Shown here: positions 31,153 to 41,466 of the stretch, piece after piece | Position numbering within the stretch: position 1 is the first letter of the stretch | Layout: every line of letters starts with the position of its first letter | Origin: an uncultured candidate division Zixibacteria bacterium | Lineage (GTDB): Bacteria > Zixibacteria > MSB-5A5 > GN15 > FEB-12 | Assembly (NCBI GenBank): GCA_963664195.1 | Contig: OY760907.1 | Location: 672,001 to 736,000, forward strand | Direction of reading: 5' to 3' | DNA length: 64,000 bases | The notes under the pieces: model-generated | Told to the model about the DNA's origin: nothing | Database searches by the model: none | Seen by the model: the letters and a program-made list of their open reading frames with translations, nothing else | Program-made: the position numbers and the translations under genes

Positions 31153-31183
31153 AAAAGCCCCCGCCGTAAGGCAGAGGCTTTTT
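31153..31183. terminator. Bidirectional intrinsic terminator
   Basis: AAAAGCC-CCCGCC-GTAA-GGCAGA-GGCTTTTT just past the stop of the giant gene. Confidence 0.75.
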
Positions 31184-31199
31184 GCGGTAGGAGCGGGTT

Positions 31200-34100
31200 T
31201 TACTTGAGTAAAACCATCTTCCTGGTGGAGCTGAAACCTCCAGCTGACAAACGATAGAGATACACCCCGGAGGCGTACCTATTGGCATCCCACTCTATCT
31301 TATAATAACCCGGCTCGTCTTCACCAGACCAGGTCTCGACCGTCTGGCCAAGCACGTTGAACACGGTCAGGTTCCACTTGCTGGCAACCGGAAGAGCGTA
31401 CTCGATCACGGTTGTCGGGTTAAACGGATTCGGGTAGTTCTGTGACAACTCAAACTGATCCGGCAGGTTTTGCAACCTGCTGACAAAGACACTTCCATCG
31501 TAGCCACCAATCTCCACAGACTTGACGGCATTGGTACCGTTGATATCCAGCACCGCGCCTAACTCAGCAAAAGCCTTTCCCTTCATACTGAAGATAAGCA
31601 CCTTCGTGTCGGTCCCATCGTACTTATAACGCATGTCCATACCGGCAGCAGATGTGCCGCTGGTCGGTCGGGCATCCCCCTCAAGAACGATATACAGGGC
31701 ACCAACCGGCGCCGGTGTCTCGGTAATACTCAGTACACCGCCGGCCACCGTAAACAGAACTTCAGGCTCCTCACCCGGAACAATCTTGGGCATCGGCGGG
31801 GCGTCGCCGACCACCACACGCAGGAGGTAAACGAGGTCGGCAACCGTGAGCGGGACACCGTCTCCGTTCACTTCGGAGGCCGCAATTGCACCCTCAACAT
31901 GCTCAAAGGCACCCAGACCCTCTAAGAAGTAGTTCGTGTACATCACCGCGTCAGCAATCTCGTATGCGACGCCGTTGAGGTTCATATCACCGCGATCATC
32001 TATTTCCTCAGCGCAGATGATATCCACGCCGCCGTTCGTGAAGTCGACACAACGGAGCGGCACCGGCTTGCCCTCCTGATCTCCGGCGAGACACAGATCA
32101 GGAGCACCGTTGCGACCCGGGAAACCGTGCGTGATATTGGTGATGTCATTTGACTCAAAGTCGTACACTCTGCGGGACACCCAGAGCGTATCGCCGCCGC
32201 GTGATGAGAACGTGTTGTCGCCACAGTCATTCCAGAAGAACTCAACCGGGATATACATGCACTCGAGCGTGCGGTCATTCGTGACAAGGAAGTCGATTGT
32301 GGCCAGCGTCCCGGTCATCCCGTCAAGGAAACAACCCGGATGCGAGGCGCCGTCGTTCATCTCGGCCATCGCGACAATGCGGATCAGGCCCGAAGGACAA
32401 CCGCCACAGTTGCCGTCAGGACCGTAGCGGAAGGAGAAATACTCCCATCCGCAGGCGGTCAGGAGGTCACCCTCAAGGACACCCGACGGAGTCAGGGCGG
32501 TCGGATCGTAGGCGATCAAGAAGTCATAACCGCCAAGCTCGCGACCTGCACCGGTCAGGTAGACATTCACCATTTCATGGTGCCCCTGAAGTGCCTGGTG
32601 TGTCTTCTCGATCTGGACATGAATGCACTCGTCGATCTGAACTTCAATACAGACCGAATCCCGCGCTGCCGCGCCACAGTTGTCCGTGGCCAGAATCTCG
32701 AAACAGTATGTGCCGGTAGTATCGGCGTTAAAGCAAACCTGACCGGTCGCTTCATTAAAGATGCCGATCGGCGATACCGCAATACTGTTAAGGTTGTCGT
32801 CCTCATCCTCGATTGCCACACCGAAGCAAAGTTCACCGACCGCTTCCAGGTACGCCGTGAAGTCCGGCGGTCCGGCTACAGTCGGCGGCGCGTTGAAGTT
32901 GACTCTGACCAACGCAGAGTCTACGTCAGCCACGCCGCAAGAGTCCGTGGCCTGCAGGATGACGGTGTAGCTGCGGTCTGTTCCGTCACCAAATGCTGCC
33001 GTGAAGCATACGGTTCCGTCGACCTCGTTGAACACCGCCCCCGCAGGAGCGAGAATCTCGCTTGACTCAAGATTGCCATCCACATCGCTTGTTCCAGCTT
33101 CCCAGCAGATCTGCCCTGAACCGCAGAGGAAGAACGTCGTGTCGTTACCGGCATCGGCTATAGGAGCATTGTTCAGAGTGAATCTGACCTGGAACGAATC
33201 TACACAACTCGCACCGCACTCGTCGAGACACATGATCGCCACCGTGGCCGTCTCATTCGCACTCGGCGTGTATATCCAATTGCCGCCGACAACCGATCCC
33301 GGACCGCTGACAATCTCGCAGTGATCAAAGTTCTCATCGACATCCGTCGCCGTCACAGGCAAACTGACCTGTTCCGGTGCGCACTGGAAGAAAGTCGTCA
33401 GGGCCGCCGGTAGCTGACAGCTCGGCGCGGAGTTGATCGTAATCGTCGCGACAACAGTGTCTTCGTCCGCTTCTCCACATACATCCACCGTCCTCAGTAC
33501 GAAGGTGTAGACACCCGTGGCAGTCGGGGTAAAGCAGATGTTTGAACCGTCGTACGTTCCGGAACCTGTTGTCTCGTAACAACTGTCAAGGTTGCCGTCA
33601 ACGTCGGTGCAGCTTGCCGGGAGACAAACCTGCGCTGCGTTGCACTGGAAGAGTGACACATCCTCGCCTGCATCGGCCACCGGTGCATGGTTAAACATGA
33701 CCGCAACCACGATTGTATCGGCGTCGATCTCTCCACATTCGTCTGTGGCCTGTACTATAATCGTGTTTGGACCGGCAACAGTCGGCGTGAAACAGACCTG
33801 GCTGTTGTCGGTATCCAGCCCGGCTGCGAATTCAGTCGGCAGGGCCTCGATAAGACTCACATTGTCGTCGGCATCAACGACCTCATACGGAATGCAAACC
33901 TCTTCGGATGCACACTGGAAGTAGAGCGTGTCAGCTCCCAGCGTCACTACCGGCCGAGTATTGATCGTCACGTTGTACGTGGCGGTTACAATATCATCCG
34001 CACCACACGGGTCGGTGGCCCTCGCAGAAACGGTGTACGTACCGACAGTATTGGCATCGAAACACCAGAGACCGCCGGCGGTAATGCTGCCGTTACCGGA

Positions 34101-37100
34101 GACACGGTTCCAGGTCAGATCGTCACTGTCGGCATCGGAGGCCTCAAACTGGTAGCAGATTTGACTGCCGACACAAAGGAAAGTATCAACGACTGCAGGC
34201 TCAACCGCGACCGGGGCACTGTTGATCGTGACGTCGATAACCGCAACGCAGGTATCTGAGCCGCACGGCGTGTCAGCGATGATCGTCAACTCGTAGTGAC
34301 CGGTCGTATCGGCTGTGAAGCAGACGTTGCCGCGTGTGTAGTTTCCTATCGGACTGACGGACACCGTGATGTCGGTGCCCATAACTCCGATCGGGAAGCA
34401 GATATCATCCGGACTGCAGAGGAATTCATCCATTGCGGCCGGACAGTCGATTTCGGCAGCGGAACCGATATCGACATTGAAAACGAATTCACAGGTATCG
34501 GACCCGCAGTCGGCAGCCGCGATGACCTCAATTGTATATACGCCTGACGTATCCGCCAGGAAGCAAAGCTCGCCGTTTGAGAACGTTCCGTAGGACACCG
34601 TCACATCGGCATCGACCGGTGCAACCGTAATACCCTGACAGACCGTTTCAACCGCACAGAGCGAAATATCGAGCGGTCCGGTGGGGCAGTTGATAGAAGC
34701 GTACTGACCAAACGTGATATCGACTACTATCGTGTCTTCATCCATCGCGCCGCAAGGATCGGTTACACTGACCACAAACTCATAGGAGCCGGCGGTAGTC
34801 GGTGTGAAGCAGATGCTGTTGGTCGCGGTGTTGATTGTTCCGTAACCGGAGACCATCGACTCCACCAGTCCTGTCGGACCGTCGGCATCGTCGACCGTGT
34901 AGGCCACGCAGACTTCCTGCGACTGACAGAGATGGAGCGATGAATCGGCGCCGAACGCGATCTCCGGCGCCGAATTCAACGTAATGTTAACGACAACGCT
35001 ATCTACCATTTCCTCCCCACAGGCATCAACAGCCCTGAGAGTGAACAAGTAGTCCCCGGAGGTTGCAGGACTGAAACAGACCTGCGAACCGTCGTACGTA
35101 CCGGGACCGTTGAACAGGCAGTCGGTCAGGTTGTCGTCGGGGTCCGTGCACGAGGCCGGCCAACAAATCGTTGTGTCGGCACTGCACACGAACAGGGACA
35201 GATCGTTGCCCACGAATGCTGCTGGCGGTGAATTGTGCATTACGCTGACTGCGACCGTATCTGTAGCGAACTCACCGCACTCGTCCTCGACCTTGATCAC
35301 GAACTCGTAATCGCCATCGGCCGGAGCGGTGAAACATACCTGAGAATTAGCTTCATCGAGCGTGCCCGGTCCGGACTCAAGCGTAACGGTCCGGGTGCGG
35401 GGGTCGTTTTCATCACCCACCGTGTACGGCAGGCAGATCTCTGTGGATTCGCAGAGGAAGGTATCGACATCGGCACCAAACGCAATAGTCGGTGCTTCGT
35501 TGATTTCAAACTGCACGGTAAACTGCGAGACACATTCGGCACCGCAAGCATCGAGACATTTGATCCCGACAACCACCGTCTGTGAAGCGACCGGCGTGTA
35601 ACACCAGTTGCCGGCAACCAGAGCGCCCTGACCGGATATTATCTGGCAATGGTCGAAGTTTCCGTCGACATCGTCACCGGAGACCGGCAGGCAGACTTCC
35701 TGCGGAACGCACTGGAAAATCGTCGTGTCATCCGGCACGGAGCAGACAGGAGCGGTGTTGATTGTCACGTCGATTACGACTGTATCTTCGTGAGTCTCGC
35801 CGCAGGCATCTGACGCTTCGAGCACAAATGTGTATATTCCGGTGGCACCCGGCGTGAAACAGATATTCGTGCCATCGTATGCACCCGGACCGGAAACCAG
35901 GGCGCAGCCGGCCAGGTTGCCGTCCACGTCGGAGCATGAGGCAGGCCAGCAAACCGGCGTCGGCTCACACAGGAACAACGTCTGGTCGGCACCGGCGTCG
36001 GCGACAGGAGCGCTATTGAGCGTGTAGTCAACAACGACCGTATCAAATGCTTCGGCGCCACAGGCGTCGGTCGCCTTCAATACGAACTCGTATCCGAGTG
36101 TCCCGGTGGGCGTGAAACATATACTCGTGCCGTCAAAACTGCCCGGGCCATTGACAAGTTCAACCGTCGCCAGGTTTCCGTCCGGATCGGAGGCCGTCGT
36201 GGCCCAGCAGATTTCTGCCGGAACACACTGGAAAACTGTCTGGTCGTTGCCTGCGAACACTGTCGGCGGGGCGTTGTACTCAATCGTTACCAGTATTGTA
36301 TCAGTGACAACTTCACCGCAGGCGTCCGTCACCTGGCCGACAAACTGAATCGTACCCTCACCGGTCGGGTGGAAGCAGAGATAGTTGTTAGAGGTAAAGA
36401 TCGTACCGTCACCTTCAAGCAGAACGATATCTTCGATGTTGTCTTCAGCATCGGTCATCGTGAACCCGAGGCAAACCTGCTCGGGAACGCACTGGAAAAT
36501 GGTGGTGTCGTTGCCGAATGCAAAGACAGGCGCGGTGTTGACGCCTACGTTGTACGTCAGCGACGTAGTATCGGCAGCACCGCAAGAATCCGTGACGGCC
36601 ACCACAACGGTGTAATCACCATCGGCGTTGGCATCGAAACACCAGAGGCCGTTGGCAGTGACGGTGCCGTTGCCGGATACCCTGTTCCAGACAAGCGAAC
36701 CGCCGTCAATATCGCTGGCGCCAAACTGGTAGCAAACCTGAGCCGGGTCACATAGGAAGGTGTCGACCGGCGAGGTCGGATTGACCGCTACCGGGTTGCT
36801 GTTGATTTCTATGTCAGCAACCACCAGGCAGGTATCGGTTCCGCAGGTGGTGCTCGCAATCATTTCAATTTCATAATGACCGGCAGTGTCGGCCAGGAAA
36901 CAGAGATTGCCTGCTTCGTAATTGCCTATCGGGCTAACGGTGACTGTCGCTCCCGATCCCACCACACCAACCGGTATGCAAACCGAATCAATATCGCAGA
37001 GGAACAACTCCGTGGCGGCAGGACAATCGATCTGGGCCGCTTCGCCGATCTCGACATTGAAACTGACCACACAAGTATCGGTGGAGCACAGCGCCTCGGC

Positions 37101-40100
37101 AATAACGGTAATGTCATACGTACCGGAGGCTGCGGCGTAGAAGCAAAGCTCACCGTTGGCATACGTGCCCTGAGAGACGGTAACCGTCGCCCCAGCCGGA
37201 GTGATGTTCACCAACTGGCAGACAGAATCGACCGAACAGAGCGAAACGTTGATCGGCTGGCTCGGGCAGGAGATACTGGCGAATTCGCCGAAAGTCACGT
37301 CGACCACAATTGTGTCCCGGGCGGTTGCACCGCAATTGTCGGTCACACGGACCACGAATTCGTAGCTTCCGTCGGCAGTCGGCGTGAAGCAAACTTCATT
37401 GGCGGCGGTATCAATCGCCCCGAAACCCGAAAGCATCTCTTCGGTGATGCCACCAAACCCCTGCGGATCGTTCACCGTGTAACCGACACAAACCTGCTCG
37501 GGCACACAGAGTGTCAGGACTGTATCGGGACCAAAGGCAACCGCAGGAGCCTCGTTGACGACAACGTTAAACGTCATCGACGTGACATCTGAGAGGCCGC
37601 AAGAATCAGTAACTGTCACCTCGGCAGTGTAGGTACCGCTCACCGTGGGAGTGAAACACCACCGGCCATCCGTGCTGAGGGTCCCTGTCCCGGCGGTACG
37701 TGCCCACACGAGCGTTCCTCCCTCGGCATCGGAGGCCGTGAACTGGTGGCAAATCTCTGCGGGCGCGCATTGCGAAACATCAACCGGGCCGGCGGCATCA
37801 ACCGCAACCGGCGCCGTGTTGAGGGTGATATCAAAAGACAGTGAAACCGTGTCGGCCGCGCCGCACGAGTCGGCAACCGCCGCCATCGCCGTGAAACTGC
37901 CTGAAGCAGTCGGCGTATAGCAGAACTCGCCGCCAGCCGTAACCGTGCCAACGCCGGACAGGAGCGTCCAGGTCAACGTTCCCCCGTTGGGATCGGAAGC
38001 GGTAAGCGTCCGGCAGATCTCGGTCGGTACACACTGGAACACGGTCACGGGCGACGGTGTCCCGGCGACCGGCGGGTCGTTGTCATCAATACTGACAATC
38101 AGCGTGTCATAATCTTCAAGGCCGCAATCGTCCTCGGCACGAATCACAAACGTGTATGCGCCGGCACTGGGCGGAGTGAAACAGATAATCCCGCTATTGA
38201 GAGTACCGGGGCCTGAATGAAGCTCAGTCACCGCCAGATTGCCGTCCGGATCGCTGAAGCTGACCGGCAGACATACCTGCTCCAAAGAGCAGTGGAAGAA
38301 GCTCTGGTCGTTTCCGGCATCGGTCACCGGAGCCTCGTTGAGGTTCACCGTAACGTACGCCGTGGCGCTGGTCTCATTACCACAGCCGTCGGTTGCGGTG
38401 ACAGTGACTTCGTACACTCCGGTGGTGTCGGCCCAGAAGCAGATGTCTTCGGTAGTCGAGGAGGGGGCAGTTCGAGCGGCAAATGCATCAATTTCAAGAT
38501 TGCCACTGGTACACCGGATTCTTACTTCGTTAAAAGTAATTCCGTCCGGAAGATCAAAAGTCACACCACCCGTACCGGAAGAAGCCGTTCCACCGGGGAG
38601 TTGGCGAGTAATGGTATGGACAGTAGTACCGTCGAGGCGGAACCGCAACTGTGCGTCGCCACCCCCGTTGGTGTTGGTGAAAACCACAAAATCAACATTG
38701 GCACCGTTGCAGGTAGTAATCTCCTGCGGGAATCCGATGACACAGCGATCGTTGCTGGCAAAGGCAACCGAACCATCGCCGGCACCGCCGTCAGGACCGC
38801 CGGCACCGGCAGTCGTGAAGGTCAGGTCGGTCGGCGCATTGAGGAGATGGTCGGCTGAATTGCCGGGCTCCGAGCCGTTGGGAAATGAGCCGTAATCGAC
38901 TATATGATCTGCAAACGCAAAATTCGGCAACGCAACTGCTACACCGGACTGGCTGTTAATCGGTGCAACAAAGTCAGAAGCCTGGTATAAAACTGTTCCG
39001 GGAGCGCCCCCCCCGATCTGAGTAATAGTACCTCCAAGCTTGTTGATGCGGCTTACTTGGTCGTAGCCGGCGAGAGTGCCGGAGTACGCTCCCAGGTTTG
39101 ATGTGACGGAGATAACGTCGCAGTCAGCATCTATGATGTCCACAGGGACACAAATCTCGTCGCCTTCGCACAGGGCGACCGACGAGTCGTTAATCGTAAC
39201 AATCGGCGCGGAACCGGCCTGGATATCGAACTCAACGGTATCGACATCAATGGCCCCGTACTGATCCTCGGCCTGGAACACAAACCTATAGAGACCACCG
39301 ACCGCAGGCGTGAAGCAATGCGATCCGCTGGCAGAACCAAACCCGACGAGCGTGCTGAAACTGCCCTCACCCTCGAGCATATCCACCCAGATGGAATCTC
39401 CCTCACAGACCCCGTCAGCCGCACTGACATCAAAACAAATCTCAGCAAAATCGCACGAGACTATTGCGGTATCGTCGGGCAATGTGAGCTGAGGTGTCTG
39501 ATTGGAAAACGTCAATCGAATGACCAGATCCTGGTAATCAGCATCGCCGCCGTTGGGGAGGTCCTCGAAACAGACCAGGTACTCGTGAGGCTGGCCGGTG
39601 GCAAACACCCAGGCGTGATCGAAATTGTCGGAGTTTAGCGAAGTCTCAGTCAACCAGGTATGATTGTTCCCCGGAAGGTTTGGCTTCATGTAGCAGCCAA
39701 AATAATCTCCGGGGGCAAAATTGAACTGAACCGAATCACCCGGTCCATCGCTGGGGCCAAACAACTGGTAAAATACCGAGGTATCTCCGGCGGCATAGTA
39801 CCCGGAGGTTGAATATACCGCCGATCCGGCCACCTCAATGACCATCGTCGCCGTATTCAATCCGGTAACACCACAAAACAACGCCGAGCCCAACTCATCG
39901 TTGGCGACATCGATGTCGTATCCCAATTGGTCGAGATAGTCTTGCAGCGAGCTTTCGCCCTTTTCCGCAAATCCTGGAGTGGTTGTCGTTTTGATGGAAT
40001 CGGCCCACGGAGCCTCATCCTGCGCACCCCCAACGTTCACCAATACACCCAGCACCAGCGCCAGCGTAAGCGCAAAATGTTTGATTGACTGAGTCCTCAT
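31200..40100 (-). CDS. Giant secreted Cys-rich Ig-like repeat protein with DUF4114-like N-domain, cohesin-like, dockerin-like and T9SS/FlgD-like C-terminal domains
   Basis: Signal peptide from MRTQSIKH; FEDLPNGGDADYQDLV; more than 20 NxAP...C...CF.P...D.CG repeats; GGYDFLIAYD; GDMNLNG..EIAD / SEVNGDG..TVADLVYL; QNYPNPFNP...RKMVLLK. Confidence 0.88.
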   Translation of the reverse strand: MRTQSIKHFALTLALVLGVLVNVGGAQDEAPWADSIKTTTTPGFAEKGESSLQDYLDQLGYDIDVANDELGSALFCGVTGLNTATMVIEVAGSAVYSTSGYYAAGDTSVFYQLFGPSDGPGDSVQFNFAPGDYFGCYMKPNLPGNNHTWLTETSLNSDNFDHAWVFATGQPHEYLVCFEDLPNGGDADYQDLVIRLTFSNQTPQLTLPDDTAIVSCDFAEICFDVSAADGVCEGDSIWVDMLEGEGSFSTLVGFGSASGSHCFTPAVGGLYRFVFQAEDQYGAIDVDTVEFDIQAGSAPIVTINDSSVALCEGDEICVPVDIIDADCDVISVTSNLGAYSGTLAGYDQVSRINKLGGTITQIGGGAPGTVLYQASDFVAPINSQSGVAVALPNFAFADHIVDYGSFPNGSEPGNSADHLLNAPTDLTFTTAGAGGPDGGAGDGSVAFASNDRCVIGFPQEITTCNGANVDFVVFTNTNGGGDAQLRFRLDGTTVHTITRQLPGGTASSGTGGVTFDLPDGITFNEVRIRCTSGNLEIDAFAARTAPSSTTEDICFWADTTGVYEVTVTATDGCGNETSATAYVTVNLNEAPVTDAGNDQSFFHCSLEQVCLPVSFSDPDGNLAVTELHSGPGTLNSGIICFTPPSAGAYTFVIRAEDDCGLEDYDTLIVSIDDNDPPVAGTPSPVTVFQCVPTEICRTLTASDPNGGTLTWTLLSGVGTVTAGGEFCYTPTASGSFTAMAAVADSCGAADTVSLSFDITLNTAPVAVDAAGPVDVSQCAPAEICHQFTASDAEGGTLVWARTAGTGTLSTDGRWCFTPTVSGTYTAEVTVTDSCGLSDVTSMTFNVVVNEAPAVAFGPDTVLTLCVPEQVCVGYTVNDPQGFGGITEEMLSGFGAIDTAANEVCFTPTADGSYEFVVRVTDNCGATARDTIVVDVTFGEFASISCPSQPINVSLCSVDSVCQLVNITPAGATVTVSQGTYANGELCFYAAASGTYDITVIAEALCSTDTCVVSFNVEIGEAAQIDCPAATELFLCDIDSVCIPVGVVGSGATVTVSPIGNYEAGNLCFLADTAGHYEIEMIASTTCGTDTCLVVADIEINSNPVAVNPTSPVDTFLCDPAQVCYQFGASDIDGGSLVWNRVSGNGTVTANGLWCFDANADGDYTVVVAVTDSCGAADTTSLTYNVGVNTAPVFAFGNDTTIFQCVPEQVCLGFTMTDAEDNIEDIVLLEGDGTIFTSNNYLCFHPTGEGTIQFVGQVTDACGEVVTDTILVTIEYNAPPTVFAGNDQTVFQCVPAEICWATTASDPDGNLATVELVNGPGSFDGTSICFTPTGTLGYEFVLKATDACGAEAFDTVVVDYTLNSAPVADAGADQTLFLCEPTPVCWPASCSDVDGNLAGCALVSGPGAYDGTNICFTPGATGIYTFVLEASDACGETHEDTVVIDVTINTAPVCSVPDDTTIFQCVPQEVCLPVSGDDVDGNFDHCQIISGQGALVAGNWCYTPVASQTVVVGIKCLDACGAECVSQFTVQFEINEAPTIAFGADVDTFLCESTEICLPYTVGDENDPRTRTVTLESGPGTLDEANSQVCFTAPADGDYEFVIKVEDECGEFATDTVAVSVMHNSPPAAFVGNDLSLFVCSADTTICWPASCTDPDDNLTDCLFNGPGTYDGSQVCFSPATSGDYLFTLRAVDACGEEMVDSVVVNITLNSAPEIAFGADSSLHLCQSQEVCVAYTVDDADGPTGLVESMVSGYGTINTATNSICFTPTTAGSYEFVVSVTDPCGAMDEDTIVVDITFGQYASINCPTGPLDISLCAVETVCQGITVAPVDADVTVSYGTFSNGELCFLADTSGVYTIEVIAAADCGSDTCEFVFNVDIGSAAEIDCPAAMDEFLCSPDDICFPIGVMGTDITVSVSPIGNYTRGNVCFTADTTGHYELTIIADTPCGSDTCVAVIDVTINSAPVAVEPAVVDTFLCVGSQICYQFEASDADSDDLTWNRVSGNGSITAGGLWCFDANTVGTYTVSARATDPCGADDIVTATYNVTINTRPVVTLGADTLYFQCASEEVCIPYEVVDADDNVSLIEALPTEFAAGLDTDNSQVCFTPTVAGPNTIIVQATDECGEIDADTIVVAVMFNHAPVADAGEDVSLFQCNAAQVCLPASCTDVDGNLDSCYETTGSGTYDGSNICFTPTATGVYTFVLRTVDVCGEADEDTVVATITINSAPSCQLPAALTTFFQCAPEQVSLPVTATDVDENFDHCEIVSGPGSVVGGNWIYTPSANETATVAIMCLDECGASCVDSFQVRFTLNNAPIADAGNDTTFFLCGSGQICWEAGTSDVDGNLESSEILAPAGAVFNEVDGTVCFTAAFGDGTDRSYTVILQATDSCGVADVDSALVRVNFNAPPTVAGPPDFTAYLEAVGELCFGVAIEDEDDNLNSIAVSPIGIFNEATGQVCFNADTTGTYCFEILATDNCGAAARDSVCIEVQIDECIHVQIEKTHQALQGHHEMVNVYLTGAGRELGGYDFLIAYDPTALTPSGVLEGDLLTACGWEYFSFRYGPDGNCGGCPSGLIRIVAMAEMNDGASHPGCFLDGMTGTLATIDFLVTNDRTLECMYIPVEFFWNDCGDNTFSSRGGDTLWVSRRVYDFESNDITNITHGFPGRNGAPDLCLAGDQEGKPVPLRCVDFTNGGVDIICAEEIDDRGDMNLNGVAYEIADAVMYTNYFLEGLGAFEHVEGAIAASEVNGDGVPLTVADLVYLLRVVVGDAPPMPKIVPGEEPEVLFTVAGGVLSITETPAPVGALYIVLEGDARPTSGTSAAGMDMRYKYDGTDTKVLIFSMKGKAFAELGAVLDINGTNAVKSVEIGGYDGSVFVSRLQNLPDQFELSQNYPNPFNPTTVIEYALPVASKWNLTVFNVLGQTVETWSGEDEPGYYKIEWDANRYASGVYLYRLSAGGFSSTRKMVLLK

Positions 40101-40380
40101 GACTTCTCCACAGACAAGTAAATGTAGTAAGCGCCGCCCCCATGTACGGGGCACACGCAGAAACAGGCAAACCTTAAGAGCGGCCTTTACTTAGAGATAG
40201 AAATCTAAAAGGACAAAATGCCAATTATGGCTGAGGGATCGTGAGCAATCGTCCAATCCACACTCCGTGTTTACCTGAATACCGTTAAATCGTCTCACCG
40301 GAAGAAGTAGGACGTCATTGCCGCATCTTTGACCGAAGAATCACAGCTCGTTTGTAAACCTACCTATCCGATTACTAAAC

Positions 40381-40409
40381 AATGTAACAATAATGTACTG
40401 TTGTGTCAA
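40381..40409 (-). promoter_or_regulatory. Sigma70-type promoter for the giant gene
   Basis: TTGACA-17 bp-TACATT with a TGn extension; implies a ~275-nt 5' UTR. Confidence 0.6.
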
Positions 40410-40599
40410 GCGATAAAGCGGCGTTCACACGCCATTTTCGGGCTTTTACGACAGGCTAACGAGGAGCAACTACACCTACATCCATGCACGGATTTGCACA
40501 AGTTACCAGCAGTACATACCCGCAAGTACGCCAATAGGCAAACGGCCCACAGCAGAGTCTGATTCTACGGCGGGCCGCGAAGCTTGTCTCAGAATGACG

Positions 40600-41241
40600 T
40601 TACATCACGCGCCTAAATACGTACCCGCCCTTCTCCGCGCCCCAAACCTGTTCGTCCTTGTCGTTCCATCCACGATCCCAACTGAAGAGGGTCGAGGGGG
40701 TAACGCGGACTTCCGACGTCGCGTAAGTTGCTTCGCCCCAATCGTTAAGGCACGCTTTGTCGACCGTGGTGCCCACGTAAGCCGAGTCGGATTCCTTGTG
40801 TAGAGTTATCCCGCAGCCGGCCTTTTCGGCCAGCGAGTCCGGACTCAGTGCGACCATAGGATCTGATTCTCTCCAGGCACCGGCAAACCTCAGCGGTTCC
40901 TCAAGTGTAAAAACATCGCTGCGATAGGTGACGGAATCGGTCTTGATGAGATGGTACACGCGTTGACGATACGGCTGTGCCATTGAGGATGCGGCGGCCT
41001 GTTCGACATACAGCCAGACGCCGTCGGTCCGGTCCGGCCAGATACGCACCATGGCGAGGCGGATATCGAAATAGCTCGAATCCTCGACCGATTGATCGTG
41101 CGAGCTGTATAGCCCCTGCATCCAGATTGCCAGCCGGTTGAAATCGCTGATCTGCCCGGCCGGTTCCTCGGTTGAACAAGCAACGAAGATCACCGCCACC
41201 ACGCTCAGAACCGCCAGGAGAATGATCCTTCTTCCAGTCAT
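40600..41241 (-). CDS. CpcT/CpeT-like lipoprotein
   Basis: Lipobox IFVAC; WLYVEQA...PYRQRVY; SWDRG...QVWGAEKGGYVF. Confidence 0.82.
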   Translation of the reverse strand: MTGRRIILLAVLSVVAVIFVACSTEEPAGQISDFNRLAIWMQGLYSSHDQSVEDSSYFDIRLAMVRIWPDRTDGVWLYVEQAAASSMAQPYRQRVYHLIKTDSVTYRSDVFTLEEPLRFAGAWRESDPMVALSPDSLAEKAGCGITLHKESDSAYVGTTVDKACLNDWGEATYATSEVRVTPSTLFSWDRGWNDKDEQVWGAEKGGYVFRRVM

Positions 41242-41466
41242 TTTCCAGCCTCCTTGATAGTGATCGTAATCGGATTACACACACCATAAACACGCCGCTT
41301 GCCAAGGTCAAGTTTGGATATCAAATGAAAAAGGGGGTCGTCTTCGCCCCTCGAGAGCATGTTGTTCCCGCCGCAATGTGAGTCTCCCTTGTTTCAAACT
41401 TGAATACGGCTCTCTTCTCCCTTAGCATTGACAGATAGTATGTAACCCGAGTTCGAGGAATAGCGG

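Noticed and set aside
40600..41241. CpcT-like gene as evidence of phycobiliproteins
   Set aside because: No phycobilisome genes nearby, and this copy is a lipoprotein; homologues occur in non-phototrophs
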